Shown here in pieces: positions 47,430 to 58,515 of a DNA stretch of 64,000 nucleotides (position 1 is its first letter; each line of letters starts with the position of its first letter). A model generated the notes under the pieces. The model did no database searches and was not told where the DNA came from. It saw nothing but the letters and a program-made list of their open reading frames with translations. Source of the DNA: Candidatus Dormiibacterota bacterium. GTDB lineage: Bacteria > Chloroflexota > Dormibacteria > Aeolococcales > Aeolococcaceae. The position numbers and the translations under genes are program-made. Location: positions 2,272,001-2,336,000 of the forward strand of contig OY970355.1 in NCBI GenBank assembly GCA_963718525.1, written 5' to 3'.

Positions 47430-49163
47430 TCATGCCGCAGACATCTCAGCGACGGACTCCTGCTTCTGAGGCAGCCATACCTCAATGGCGGTCCCCGCTC
47501 CTTCAGCGCTGTCCAGGTGTACCCAACCGCCAAGCGCTTCCGCACGCTCACGCATGGAACTCAGCCCCAGGTGACCCGGCGGGGATCTCTTGTCGGTTCG
47601 GGGCGCGAATCCAGGGCCGTTGTCGCTGATGCGTGCACCGAACCCGCTCGCCTGATCACCGTTCAAGAACACCGTGACGGACGCGCCGCGCGCGTGCTTG
47701 CGTGCGTTCGTGAGCGCCTCGCGGATGATGCGGTAGAGCGTTGTGGCCACGATCGGGGATGGTTCCCCACTGACCTCATCCGTGAGAGTCACCACAAGAT
47801 CTTCGCCGTCGTTGAACTCAGAGATGGACTGCTCGACCGCGGCACGCAGGCCGAGTTCGAGGATGTGCGGATGGAGATCGCTCAGCATCGTCCGCATGCG
47901 CACGATCGCTCCCTCGATCGAAGATTCGATCGACGCCGCGGTCGCTTCATCGGCCTCGCCGTCCCTGTGTAACAGGAACATTCGCATCTTCGCAGCGATC
48001 ATCGACTGCAGCATGTCGTCGTGGATGATGCCCGCCACGTGCTGCCGCTCCTGCTCCTGAATAGTCACAAGCCGGAGGAGGAGCTTGGTGCGTTCATCGT
48101 TGGAGCGGTGGAGGTCTTCGAGGCTGTCGACGAGCGCCCGAGTTCGCTCGTCAACCTTCAGATCAAGATCCTCGTTCTTGCGCGCGACCTGTTCGTTCAA
48201 TGAGTGGGTCTCACGGGCGAACAGATACTGCCTTGCCAGCACGACCGTGATGGTGAGGATGAGATCCCATTCCAGCACACGGTCGAGCGATCCGCCGATG
48301 AACTCAGTCACCACAGCTGCGACGCCCGCGGCAGCGACGGTGAGATATGGCAGCATCAGAGTCCAACGTGGTTGGCGGATCGCCTCGTCCCCGGGGTGCG
48401 CCGACGTGCTCAGCGCGCGCAGTGCGGCGAGGCCGATGAGCGCGTATCCCATGGTCCAGCCGAGATCGGGGAAGTTCACCGACGTGTAGCTCTGGAGGGT
48501 CGTGAGGAAGGCGAACGAGCTGTCGGCGACGGCATTGAGTAGGACGCCGAACGCAAGGAGCACGAGCGGCAGTCGCTGTCCGACGTGCAGGCGCGAGAGC
48601 GTGAGAACCACGATGGTCACCATGGCGATATCGCTGATCGGGTAGGCGAGACCGACGATCTGCGCAAAGGTGCTCACTGAGGACGACGCGTACACGGGTC
48701 CGAGCACCACGTCCCAGCTGATGAAGAGCAAGGCTCCGGCAATCATGATGCCGTCGAGCGCCGTTCGCAGCCTCGCGTCGTTGGTGGTGGCGCCTCCGGG
48801 AAGGCGGAGCAGGCCGGCAATCGCAAACGGTACTGAAAGCAGGTAGCCGAGATCTGGGAACGACGGAAACAGGTCCGCGGGGTTCAGGTGGAGAAAGACT
48901 TCCTGATAGGTCCAGGCCGCCTGGCCGAGACCCCACAGGCCTGCGGCGATGCCGACCAGACCCCAAGCTTGTCTGATACGACCCCGGCCTCGAAGCGCTG
49001 TGATGATGCAGGCCGTCGCCGCCAGGAGTGCCGACAAGGTCTCTGAGTAGTCGTCGACGACGGTCGTCTGTCGCAGTTGTGGTGCGACGACGAGCATTAC
49101 GCAGTTGATGGCTCCCACGACGACCACAGCCGCGACGAGCAGGCGAAAGGGGCGCCTTCCCAT
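47430..49163 (-). CDS. Multi-TM sensor histidine kinase (HisKA_3 type)
   Basis: About 10 TM, ERQHVAGIIHDDMLQ, REALTNARKH, DNGPGF, GHLGL. Confidence 0.9.
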   Translation of the reverse strand: MGRRPFRLLVAAVVVVGAINCVMLVVAPQLRQTTVVDDYSETLSALLAATACIITALRGRGRIRQAWGLVGIAAGLWGLGQAAWTYQEVFLHLNPADLFPSFPDLGYLLSVPFAIAGLLRLPGGATTNDARLRTALDGIMIAGALLFISWDVVLGPVYASSSVSTFAQIVGLAYPISDIAMVTIVVLTLSRLHVGQRLPLVLLAFGVLLNAVADSSFAFLTTLQSYTSVNFPDLGWTMGYALIGLAALRALSTSAHPGDEAIRQPRWTLMLPYLTVAAAGVAAVVTEFIGGSLDRVLEWDLILTITVVLARQYLFARETHSLNEQVARKNEDLDLKVDERTRALVDSLEDLHRSNDERTKLLLRLVTIQEQERQHVAGIIHDDMLQSMIAAKMRMFLLHRDGEADEATAASIESSIEGAIVRMRTMLSDLHPHILELGLRAAVEQSISEFNDGEDLVVTLTDEVSGEPSPIVATTLYRIIREALTNARKHARGASVTVFLNGDQASGFGARISDNGPGFAPRTDKRSPPGHLGLSSMRERAEALGGWVHLDSAEGAGTAIEVWLPQKQESVAEMSAA

Positions 49164-49329
49164 TGGTAGGTCTAGTGTCGCGGCCCGCGACGCTCAGGAC
49201 GGTGCTGGTGATAAGTCGTTGACGTGACGATCGAGCGCACGGCCGCGCTCGGATCACCGGCTTACTCGTCGCCTCCGGGTCGACGGTGACCTGGCCCGCA
49301 TTGATGAAGCGCCGGTGGTAATCATTGCC

Positions 49330-49870
49330 GAACGGGCAGGGAAAGATTCCGAACATGGTGTTGATCAGCGAACGTCCGGCAGAGGTTGAGGATCGTGCCG
49401 TCCGCTTTAGTGGGACGGCGATTTGATCATGGGATCGCGAAAGACGTACATCGGCACGCTCGTCGAACGCACGAGCCGCTACGTGATGTTGCTCAAGCTC
49501 GAGAAGAACACTGCGGGGCAAGTGCGGACCGCCATGAGCGCCAAGATCCTGTCGCTGCCGACGGAGCTTCGGCGCAGCGTGACCTGGGATCGAGGGACCG
49601 AGATGTGTCAGCACCTGCAATTCACGGTCGACACTGGCGTCCACGTCTATTTCTGCGACCCGAAGAGTCCCTGGCAACGGGGGACCAACGAGAACACCAA
49701 CGGTCTCTTGCGCCAATACTTTCCGAAGGGCACCGACCTCTCAGCTCACAGCCCAGCTGCACTCGACGCCGTGGCACGGGAGCTCAACGAGCGGCCTCGA
49801 CAAACGCTCGGATGGATGACACCCTTGGCGCGGCTCGCTCAGCTTGCTGCAACGACGCCGTGAGTCCAAG
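49330..49870 (+). mobile_element. IS30-family transposase remnant (5'-truncated, frameshifted)
   Basis: MVLISERPAEVEDRAV, GDLIMG..TLVERTSR, WDRGTE, SPWQRGTNENTNGLLRQYFPKG. Confidence 0.9.
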
Positions 49871-50132
49871 GCAGATATTTGACACCGCGGGTCCACGAGA
49901 GTTTGACGGTGTGTGGCGCCCCCCTTGATGCCTGACACAGCCGACCTCCCCTCTAGTCCGCTCGTCCGTAGCCGGCCACGGGATTCATCTGACGCTCTCG
50001 GGTGCGCGATGAACGCGAAGGGTAGTGGTCACCAGCCGACGCGCCTAGCCAAAAACGTAGGATCTCGCTGTCCAGAGGTCTGCCCGCTGCGCAGAACGTC
50101 GGATAGGTTCCTAGGTACCAAAGGATGTCGGT

Positions 50133-52142
50133 ATGACCGGGATGACAGCGCGCGACCTCTCGATCCTCGCTCAGGCGGGCGAGGTTCGCGTGGCTCCGGA
50201 CGGCCGGCGGATTGCGTACACCGTCATCACGGTGGATACCGGGGCCAACAGATATCGCACCCGGATCTGGCTGGCCGACGTCAGCGCGTCAGCCCCGCCG
50301 CGTCCGCTCACAGCAGGCGCGTGGGCGGACACGCTGCCGCGCTGGTCTCCCGATGGCCGCTCGCTCGCGTTCGCGCGGAGTGCCGGGCAGGGCGAGGAGG
50401 CCGCCTTGTGGATCGTGCCGGTTGACGGACCTGGAGAGATCAGCCGGCTGTGCTCGCGGCCGGACGAAATCACCGACCTCGCATGGTCGCCTGACGGTAC
50501 CCAGCTTGCCGTCGTCGCTCGGGTGCCTGATCCAGCTCGCTACGGCACTCCTGGTAAGCGGCCACCGGTTGGTGCGCTGCCACCGCGGCGGATCAACCAC
50601 CTGTTCAGCACTCTCAATGCTCATGGATGGATCTACGACCGACCGACCCACATCCTCGTGGTGCCCGTCGATGGCTCCGCCTCACCACGGGACCTGACTG
50701 AGGGACCCTGGGCGGCGAGTAGCCCGACGTGGTCGCCAGACGGCACCCGGCTCGCGTTCGTATCGGCGCGTCACGAGGACTGGGACCTGGATCTCTGCAA
50801 CGATATCTGGGTCGTGAGCACTCTGGGCGGCATACCTGAGGCGCTGACCGACACGTCCGCGTCCTGGGCGTTGCTGTCATGGTCACCCGACGGGAACCGG
50901 CTCGCGTTCACGTACGATCCGACCCCCGGGGATGAGCCCCGACACGGCCGGGTCGGGGTGCTCGACATTGAGACGGGTAACCGGCGCGAGCTCAGCACGG
51001 TGCTCGACCGCAACGCCTCGCCCTATCCGAACCAGGCTGCGCCCGTCTGGACTGGCCGCGACGTCTGGTTCCGCGTCGAGGAGGATGGAGCCATCCACGT
51101 CTACCGCGTGGACGCGGGCGGGGGGATTCCCACGCTCATGCTCGGTGGCAGACGGGTGGTGCGAGCGTTCGATGTGGTTGAGGTTTCAGGCGGCACTCGC
51201 GTGCTGGCCGCTGCGATCACCGATCCCATCGAGTTGACCGAGGTCTACGCCTCTGTGGCTGGCGAGGATCCTCGCCGGCTCACCGACCTGACGCGGTCGC
51301 TGCGAGAACGAGTGGAGCTGATCGCACCCGAGCGCTTCACCGCGGTGTCGGCCGATGGGGTGGAGGTGGAGTGCTGGGCCATGGCTCCACGCGGTGTCGC
51401 AGCGGGCGAGCGTGCCCCCACGATCCTCAACATCCACGGAGGCCCGTTCACCTCCTATGGATGGTTCTTCTTCGACGAGTTCCAACTCCAGGTCAGCGCC
51501 GGCTTCGGGGTTATCTACTGCAATCCGCGTGGCAGCTCCGGCTACAGCGAGGCATGGGGGCGCGCCATCCGCTGGCCCGAAGCCGAGAGCGATCCGGGTT
51601 CGGGGTGGGGTGGGGTGGACTACGACGACGTCATGGCATGCGTGGATGAGGCTTGCAAGCGGTTCGACTGGATCGACGATGCGCGGCTCGGAGTCCAGGG
51701 CGGCTCGTATGGCGGCTATATGACCTCGTGGATCGTTGGTCACACCGATCGCTTTGTCGCGGCGTGTTCCGAGCGGGCGGCGAACAATCTGCTCCAGCTC
51801 GAATGCAGCTCCGACGCGGCTGGTAGCTTCCGCACTGAAGTTGGCTTCACCCATGTGGATCGATCCGAGCCGTACATACGCCACTCGCCCTCGTCGTACG
51901 TCGCCGACATGCACACGCCGATGCTGCTGATCCACTCCGAGGACGACTTGCGCTGCCCGATCAGCCAGGCGGAGGAGTTGTTCGTCGGGCTGCGTCTGCT
52001 CGGGCGGAACCCAGAGTTGGTTCGCTTCCCAGGCGAAAATCACGAGCTGTCGCGTTCAGGCAGTCCCGCCCACCGGATGCAACGTGCTGACATCATCCTC
52101 GAGTGGTTCACCAGAAAACTTCGTGACCCTGTCGGAGGCTGA
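50133..52142 (+). CDS. S9-family (prolyl oligopeptidase/acylaminoacyl) peptidase
   Basis: WSPDG propeller repeats, HGGP, GGSYGG, EDDLRC, GENH. Confidence 0.95.
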   Translation: MTGMTARDLSILAQAGEVRVAPDGRRIAYTVITVDTGANRYRTRIWLADVSASAPPRPLTAGAWADTLPRWSPDGRSLAFARSAGQGEEAALWIVPVDGPGEISRLCSRPDEITDLAWSPDGTQLAVVARVPDPARYGTPGKRPPVGALPPRRINHLFSTLNAHGWIYDRPTHILVVPVDGSASPRDLTEGPWAASSPTWSPDGTRLAFVSARHEDWDLDLCNDIWVVSTLGGIPEALTDTSASWALLSWSPDGNRLAFTYDPTPGDEPRHGRVGVLDIETGNRRELSTVLDRNASPYPNQAAPVWTGRDVWFRVEEDGAIHVYRVDAGGGIPTLMLGGRRVVRAFDVVEVSGGTRVLAAAITDPIELTEVYASVAGEDPRRLTDLTRSLRERVELIAPERFTAVSADGVEVECWAMAPRGVAAGERAPTILNIHGGPFTSYGWFFFDEFQLQVSAGFGVIYCNPRGSSGYSEAWGRAIRWPEAESDPGSGWGGVDYDDVMACVDEACKRFDWIDDARLGVQGGSYGGYMTSWIVGHTDRFVAACSERAANNLLQLECSSDAAGSFRTEVGFTHVDRSEPYIRHSPSSYVADMHTPMLLIHSEDDLRCPISQAEELFVGLRLLGRNPELVRFPGENHELSRSGSPAHRMQRADIILEWFTRKLRDPVGG

Positions 52143-52692
52143 GCGCTGCTCGCGGTCGTCGAGCGCTCTCGGGTCGTCGAGCACCAGCTCCCGCCATAAG
52201 CAGAGCGACCTCCGACAGTAGGAGGAGCACCTGCTGAATCTCGAGAAACCGACAGCGGCGATCGCGCTCAGCGCGAGCATGATCGGCATCGCGACGCTGC
52301 CGCGCCGGCTTGATGACGGAGTCGGATCAGAATGGCTTACGCTCGGACGTCTGCGGATGTCGACGCGATTCCAACAGATTCCATCGCACTTGGCGTAGTC
52401 GTCATTCCAGCCATTTGCCGGCGAAAGCACTCTAAATCCAAGAGACACCTCAAGTCGCTGCGGCGGCGCGGCGCCCGCAGCCCGGCGCCGACCAGCAGGA
52501 GGTCTCCATCGAACGCTGCGTCAACCTCATGGCGACGCGCTATCAGTGGGCCGCCACCGCCCGAGTCAACGCTCGCGACGCCTTCGTCACGCGAAGTTGC
52601 TTGGAGGTAGGAACGCTCGTCACACACTGTTTCAGCGACCTTCAAGTCGGTTTTGCATCCTGATCTCAAATCATCAGTGCTCAGGAGATGCC

Positions 52693-52899
52693 ATGCAAGC
52701 CCAGGTCATTCGCTGCCGCGAGTTCGCGTTGACGCGACTGGAAAAGATACTCGATGGTTCGGACGAGCGTGGACAGGGGATGGTGGAGTACGCCCTTATC
52801 CTCGTCCTCATCGCCGTCGTGGTGATTGTCATCCTTACGACCGTCGGCCACCGTGTGAACAACGTGTTCTCCAACATCAGCCACGGACTGAGCACCTAG
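52693..52899 (+). CDS. flp: Flp/Fap type IVb pilin
   Basis: RBS AGGAG; DERG/QGMVEYALILVLIAVVVIV prepilin motif. Confidence 0.88.
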   Translation: MQAQVIRCREFALTRLEKILDGSDERGQGMVEYALILVLIAVVVIVILTTVGHRVNNVFSNISHGLST

Positions 52900-53112
52900 G
52901 AATCATCAGCTCGTTTGCCTCCAGTGGCGGCGCCACAGCTCGCTCTCTCTGAATCGCGAGCACGGGGCGCCGTCCTTGTGCATCCACTTCGGCAGGCGCA
53001 GCGGTCCGCCAATCGACGGTCGCTCCGTAGCGCTGCCCCATGTCGCCGCAGCGACCGAGATGCCGGCGTGCGTCGGCGCCGCTTGCCCGCGATACAGCCT
53101 GTCTTGATCGAA

Positions 53113-53901
53113 TCAGCGCAGGTCGAGCCGGCGGAATCCGGTAACCGCGGTCAGCGTCAAGAGGACCCCAACGAAGATCAGCACCCCAACGGAGGCGAGG
53201 CTGAGACCGTTGGCAAGCTGCTGGTTTCCGACTGACCAGTAGAAGAGCGATATGTACCGAGCTGGGCGAATCCATCCGATCACCGGCGCAAGTGAGCTCA
53301 CCAGATACGACGCGGCGGCCAGCGCCGCTGTGACGCCGAGCGCGGTCCCGCGGCTGCCGGTGATCGACCCGACGGCGACAGCGCACAGTCCGAAGTCGAC
53401 ACCGAGGAGCGCGACCCCAAGGCTCAATCCGGCGAGATGCGTGACAGGGAAGGAGAGATCGAACTGTCTGCCGATGAGGATGCATCCCATGGTTGCGACC
53501 GCCAGCAGGAGCGCCTGCACGGTCAGCGCACCGACCTTTTGCAGCACCAGAGCGCTTCGCGATATCGGGAGGATCGTGGCAAGCGCCAGCGTGCCGTCTT
53601 CGTCCTGTCCGGCGATGCAGGACGCGCCATAGCCCACGGTGATGAGCAGCATGATGAGCGGGAGGAAGTTCTCATAGATGTTGGCGTCGAGCCATCCGCT
53701 CGGTGACGTCAGTGACCCCGTCGCCCCGAAGAGTGCCGCAATTGTTGACCCGTTCTTCGTAAGTTGATCGAGGCTCGTGGAGTCTCTGAACTGTGGGTAC
53801 AGCGTCACGATGACCAACGCGTAGAGCACCATTCCGACCACGTAGCTAAAGAGCGCGCGTCGGCGCAACCGGAGGTCGATGACAGCGATGTCAGCGCGCA
53901 T
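53113..53901 (-). CDS. ABC-2 type transporter permease
   Basis: Six TM, IAGQDEDGTL..PISR. Confidence 0.88.
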   Translation of the reverse strand: MRADIAVIDLRLRRRALFSYVVGMVLYALVIVTLYPQFRDSTSLDQLTKNGSTIAALFGATGSLTSPSGWLDANIYENFLPLIMLLITVGYGASCIAGQDEDGTLALATILPISRSALVLQKVGALTVQALLLAVATMGCILIGRQFDLSFPVTHLAGLSLGVALLGVDFGLCAVAVGSITGSRGTALGVTAALAAASYLVSSLAPVIGWIRPARYISLFYWSVGNQQLANGLSLASVGVLIFVGVLLTLTAVTGFRRLDLR

Positions 53902-54661
53902 CGTCGGGCTCCTCCCCGGATTGGTTTCGACCCTCGATCGATGCGAAGAGCTTCGGATCGACCGTCCTCGGGAAGGCGAACTCGATGGTCCGCGGCGCCT
54001 GCCGGCGCAGCGCCTCTACCGAATCGGTGACGACGAGGTGTCCGGCCTTGATGATTGCGACGCGGGTCGCGACCCGCTGCACTTCGTCGAGTTCGTGGGA
54101 CGAGAGGAAGACGGTCGCCCCAGCGCTCACGAGTTCACGTATCAGACGTTCGAACTCGTCCTGCATCAGAGGGTCGAGCCCGGATGTTGGTTCGTCGAGG
54201 ATCAGCAGTTCAGGTCGATGCATGATGGCGAGCAGGATGCCGATCTTCTGCCGATTTCCCTTGGACAACGTACGAGCGGGCCGCTCGAGGTCGACCTGAA
54301 ACCGCTGTGCAAGCTCATCGAGGAAGGTTCTGTCCTGCAGACCACGGACCTTGGCAGCGAAGTCGACGTGCTGCCGCCCGGTCAAACGAGGGTGCAGCGA
54401 GAGTTCCCCCGGGAGGTATCCGACCCGTCGGTGGATCTCGACAGCGTCGGGTATGGGGTCCAGTCCGAAGACCTTCGCGGCGCCCGATGTCGGGTGAGAG
54501 AGCCCGGTGAGAAGACGGATCGTCGTTGACTTGCCGGCCCCGTTCGGACCAAGGAACCCGAAGATCTCTCCCTCCGTCACTTTGAAGTCGACGCCGACGA
54601 TGCCGCGGTGTGACCCAAAGGTCTTGGTCAGCTGATCCGCGCTCACCACCACCGTCATCAC
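53891..54661 (-). CDS. ABC transporter ATP-binding protein (short C-terminus)
   Basis: GPNGAGKST, LSKGN, LILDEPTSGLD, SSH. Confidence 0.92.
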   Translation of the reverse strand: MMTVVVSADQLTKTFGSHRGIVGVDFKVTEGEIFGFLGPNGAGKSTTIRLLTGLSHPTSGAAKVFGLDPIPDAVEIHRRVGYLPGELSLHPRLTGRQHVDFAAKVRGLQDRTFLDELAQRFQVDLERPARTLSKGNRQKIGILLAIMHRPELLILDEPTSGLDPLMQDEFERLIRELVSAGATVFLSSHELDEVQRVATRVAIIKAGHLVVTDSVEALRRQAPRTIEFAFPRTVDPKLFASIEGRNQSGEEPDDAR

Positions 54662-55302
54662 ACGGCCCCCCGAGGCGGATCCGTTTCAGAGGACGGCACC
54701 TCACCGATCGTCAGCACCCCGCGCGAATAGACGTCAAGCACCTGAGCGGTCCATCGCTCCATCCCCGAGCGTGCGAGAGGATCCATGCCGAGGACCTGGT
54801 GCACCTGGTCGCGGAGCAGCACGACGCCAAGGTCATTGACCAACAGGAAGGCGGCTCTAACTTCGGCGTCGGACGAAGGAAGCGCCAGCCCTGCCGCTTC
54901 CAGGGTTGCGAAGCCTGAGAGGACCGCTTCGAATAGGGTCCGAAAGAGCGTCTCGGCGGGCTTACCGCCGTCGATGAGGAGGCGCCGCAAGTACGCGGGG
55001 AGCAGCGGATCTCGTTCGAGTTCGCTGGACAGCACGGCCGCCAGCGACGCGCTCGGCCCCTCCCCGGAGGCGCGCGTGAGCTCGGTGACCAAGGCGTCGA
55101 CGAGAGCGATTGCCCGATTGTCGACCGCTTCCCTCAGTCCATCCTTCGAGCCGTAGTGGTGAATGACCAGCGAGGGTGAGACGCCTGCCTGGGCCGCTAT
55201 CTCGCGGAGCGTTACCACTGCGGCACCCCGCTGTGCGAAGAGCCGCATGGCTGTCTCCCGGATCCTGGCTGCAGCGGTCAGATCGCCCGGTGCTGCACGC
55301 AT
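54658..55302 (-). CDS. TetR family regulator
   Basis: TLREIAAQAGVSPSLVIHHYGSK. Confidence 0.9.
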   Translation of the reverse strand: MRAAPGDLTAAARIRETAMRLFAQRGAAVVTLREIAAQAGVSPSLVIHHYGSKDGLREAVDNRAIALVDALVTELTRASGEGPSASLAAVLSSELERDPLLPAYLRRLLIDGGKPAETLFRTLFEAVLSGFATLEAAGLALPSSDAEVRAAFLLVNDLGVVLLRDQVHQVLGMDPLARSGMERWTAQVLDVYSRGVLTIGEVPSSETDPPRGAV

Positions 55303-55341
55303 GTGCAGATTATAGAACAGCCGTGCAGCGCTGAGAAGGAG

Positions 55342-57168
55342 TTAGTCGACAACCGCCCCTGGTGTCACCGCCGAAGACTGCGAGCTGCGGGTGCCAACTC
55401 GGTCTGATTTGACGCGCGTCTGGTATGCGACCAGGATGTCGCGATGGGTCAGCCATCCAAGGATGGTCGAACCGCCTGGGTCCATGACCGGCAGTGCGGC
55501 GGTGCCATGATGGACGAACTGCGAGAGCGCGGTGTCGAGGGGTGCGTCTGGTGCAACGGTGCTTGCCTGGTGAGCGAGGTCGCCCGCGGTGATGTCGAAC
55601 GTGTCGTTACCCAACGCGGTTTCGAGCGCTTCGGCGGTCACCACGCCGCGGTACCCGCCATCGACATCCACCACAGGAAGCGCGGCGACGTCGCGTCGCG
55701 CAAACCGGCCGACCATTTCGTCGATGGATGTCGTGACCAGGAGTGGCTCTGGCACCGGCTGCATGGCATCGCGGACTCGAATCTCCTCCATGAGGTTGGC
55801 GTTGCGTGATCGGAGAATGTCGATCCCGCGTCGTCGCAGCTTGAGTGAGTAGATGGTGTCTTTGGACAACAGATTGCTGAGCCCGGTGGCCGCGACAATC
55901 GCGACCATCAAAGGCAGGATGATGGTGTAGTCGCCGGTGAGCTCGAAGATGATGATCACCGCTGTGATCGGCGCTCGTGCCGCACCGGCGAACACGGCCC
56001 CCATACCGACGAGCCCGTACGCACCGGCGGGCGCAACCGAACCGTGGAACAGCATGTTCGCGACCAGACCAAACGCGGTACCCAGCATCGCGCCCATGAA
56101 CAGTGATGGAGCAAAGACACCGCCGGATCCGCCGATGCCGATCGTCAGGCTGGTGGCGAGTATCTTGCCCACGAGCAACACCAGGAGCAGCCCGAGAACG
56201 ATCTGTCCTGCGACCGCGTTTTGGAGTACCGGATAGCCGACGCCATACAGCTCGGGGAGCGCCAGCAGCAGGAGCCCGAGGAGTACGCCACCAGCCACCG
56301 GACGCAGCCATTCGGGGCCATGCCACATGCGATCCAGGAGATCCTCGGTCCCGTACAGGATGCGGATGAATGCAAGCCCGGCAAGGCCACCCAGCACCCC
56401 GAGGACTGCGTAGAGACCGAACTCCCAGGTCGAGACGATATGGAACGCGGGCAGCATGAGGAACGCCTGGTTGCCGAACGCCGCGCGCCCGATGACATCG
56501 GCGGTCACCGAGGCGAGCACCACAGCACCGAAGGAATCCACGGCGAAGTCCTGGAGGATGAGCTCGAGCGCGAAGAAGACACCGGCGATAGGCGCGTTGA
56601 AGGTGGCCGAGATTCCGGCCGCCGTACCGCAGGCGACGAGCAAACGCAATCGGTTCTCGGAGACGTGCAGCACCTGCCCTATCGAGGAGCCCAGCGCCGA
56701 GCCAATCTGCACGATGGGTCCTTCGCGTCCCACCGAACCGCCCGCGCCGATGCAGATCGCTGAGGCGAGCGACTTGACGACAGCCACCTGAGGACGGATT
56801 CTCCCGCCCCGATCAGCTACGGCGAGCATGACCTCGGGGACGCCATGGCCTCGAGCTTCGGGAGCAAAGAGCTGGATTAGGGGGCCGTAGATGAGGCCTC
56901 CAACAACGGGTGCGAGCACGACGAAGTAGATGCCGAGCCAGGGAAGATTGGGATTGATCGCGTGTCCGGCGGCGCTGTAGTCGCTGTGACCGGTGAAGAG
57001 GAGGGTGAACCAGCGGATGAGGTCACGAAAGAGGATCGCGCCAAGTCCGCCGCCGGCCCCGACCACGAGCGCGATCGCGATGATCCCGCCCTGCGTGCCG
57101 CGTACCCACTCGAGGGCTCGTCGATGAAGGTCTGACTGAAGGTGGATCCGGCGAGCGGTTGAGGTCAC
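55342..57168 (-). CDS. ClC chloride channel/H+ antiporter with CBS pair
   Basis: GHGVP, GREGP, GGVFAP, FELTG, C-terminal CBS domains. Confidence 0.93.
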   Translation of the reverse strand: MTSTARRIHLQSDLHRRALEWVRGTQGGIIAIALVVGAGGGLGAILFRDLIRWFTLLFTGHSDYSAAGHAINPNLPWLGIYFVVLAPVVGGLIYGPLIQLFAPEARGHGVPEVMLAVADRGGRIRPQVAVVKSLASAICIGAGGSVGREGPIVQIGSALGSSIGQVLHVSENRLRLLVACGTAAGISATFNAPIAGVFFALELILQDFAVDSFGAVVLASVTADVIGRAAFGNQAFLMLPAFHIVSTWEFGLYAVLGVLGGLAGLAFIRILYGTEDLLDRMWHGPEWLRPVAGGVLLGLLLLALPELYGVGYPVLQNAVAGQIVLGLLLVLLVGKILATSLTIGIGGSGGVFAPSLFMGAMLGTAFGLVANMLFHGSVAPAGAYGLVGMGAVFAGAARAPITAVIIIFELTGDYTIILPLMVAIVAATGLSNLLSKDTIYSLKLRRRGIDILRSRNANLMEEIRVRDAMQPVPEPLLVTTSIDEMVGRFARRDVAALPVVDVDGGYRGVVTAEALETALGNDTFDITAGDLAHQASTVAPDAPLDTALSQFVHHGTAALPVMDPGGSTILGWLTHRDILVAYQTRVKSDRVGTRSSQSSAVTPGAVVD

Positions 57169-57767
57169 TCTTCGTCGTCGCTGAGTCCAGCAAAGATGGC
57201 TGCTAGGACACGAGCGATGTTGTTCCAGCGGAAGCCAGAGGGGTCGAGAGAACCGTGCAAGGTGAGTCCGTCGCCGAGTGCTAGCAGGACCGAGGCGAAG
57301 GCGTTGGCAGGAATGTCGGCGATTTCGCCGTCGGCGACTGCCCCCTCGATCCAGCCCTTCAACATCGCTCTGCGGCGTCCGACCGCTGACACCATCCGCT
57401 CACGGATAGCTGGCTCGGTGAGGATGAGAGCCCACAGGTCCGAACGCACTTGGACTCGGGCTTGGTTGGTGCCGCGCTCACACATCTCGCGAGCGAAGCT
57501 CCTCAGCCGGTCGACATTGGAGATGTTGCGCTGAGCGAGGCTCTCAAGGCGTTCGTCGACTTCAACCGCATCCTCCTCGAGTAGCGTGATCAGCAACTCC
57601 TGCTTGGAAGAGAAATATCCGTAGAAGGCTCCTTTGCTCACCTCAGCCTCGGCGCAGATGTCGTCGACGGTCAGTTCGCTGTACCCCATGCGCTCGGCAC
57701 ATCGCCAGGCCGCGTCGACGAGCTGCTGGCGGCGTTCAAGGCGCGCGCCTTCAGAGATACGCGGCAT
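57165..57767 (-). CDS. TetR family regulator
   Basis: LTVDDICAEAEVSKGAFYGYFSSK; overlaps ClC start. Confidence 0.92.
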   Translation of the reverse strand: MPRISEGARLERRQQLVDAAWRCAERMGYSELTVDDICAEAEVSKGAFYGYFSSKQELLITLLEEDAVEVDERLESLAQRNISNVDRLRSFAREMCERGTNQARVQVRSDLWALILTEPAIRERMVSAVGRRRAMLKGWIEGAVADGEIADIPANAFASVLLALGDGLTLHGSLDPSGFRWNNIARVLAAIFAGLSDDEE

Positions 57768-58088
57768 TATTCATATGCTACCATGCATAAAACCGACGCG
57801 TTGGTTTTTATGGTGAACTGTCCTCCCTCCCAAGAGCGGGTGGCGACGTGCCACCCGCTTCCTTCGAGTCCGCCGTGACGCTGTTTTGATCGCCGGTCGC
57901 AACACGGTCGATCGAAACGCCAGCGAAGTATTCGTGTCTAACCCTGGTGCCGGTTTCCACAGATGGCCCTCAATGAGCCACGCACCAAGGAGGCCAGCGT
58001 CCATAGCAGACCATTCCATCAAGAACCTCGGCATCGGGCTCGCGAGCTCGTGCTGGCGAGCTTTGAGGTTATGGTTGGCTCTCAGCAT

Positions 58089-58376
58089 ATGGACGATGCC
58101 GAGGCCCGGATTCGGGAGCTTCTGAGTGAGGCTGCAGAGACGCACCACCGCGTCTACCGCATAGTCGACGGCATTGATCCTGATTGGGCATCGTGGTACG
58201 CGGACTGGCTCATCAATCTATCCGAGTTGCCCACATTGCTCGGTCGAGCGCCGGTGCCCAGCGAACTCGTCTACCTGCTCGTCAGGCTCGACAAGGATTT
58301 CAGGGCACAACCTCGCGAAGGCGGGTGGGAGGCTTTCTACGCGCGTGAGGTCTTGAGCGAGCTCGGTGCACGATGA
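58089..58376 (+). CDS. Conserved-looking hypothetical protein
   Basis: ATG 58089; HHRVY..DPDWASWYADWL; GC-rich codon usage. Confidence 0.6.
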   Translation: MDDAEARIRELLSEAAETHHRVYRIVDGIDPDWASWYADWLINLSELPTLLGRAPVPSELVYLLVRLDKDFRAQPREGGWEAFYAREVLSELGAR

Positions 58377-58515
58377 CCGGGCGAGCGGCCGCCCAGTACC
58401 GCAGGTATGTTGACGGAATTCCAATGGATTTCATCCCACGTGCTCTAGTCGTCACACCAACCATTTCTTGACGAAGGCACTCTTTCTGAACTCGGCTTCG
58501 CGCCTGCAAATAGGT

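Noticed and set aside
49200-49325. Possible second transposase fragment (DYHRRFINAGQV)
   Set aside because: Too short to assign by eye
52150-52680. Intergenic ORFs or riboswitch upstream of the Flp pilin
   Set aside because: No family motif or GEMM consensus visible
55342-57168. ClC with GHGVP instead of GSGIP
   Set aside because: This variant is common among bacterial CBS-containing ClCs, and the gating Glu is intact
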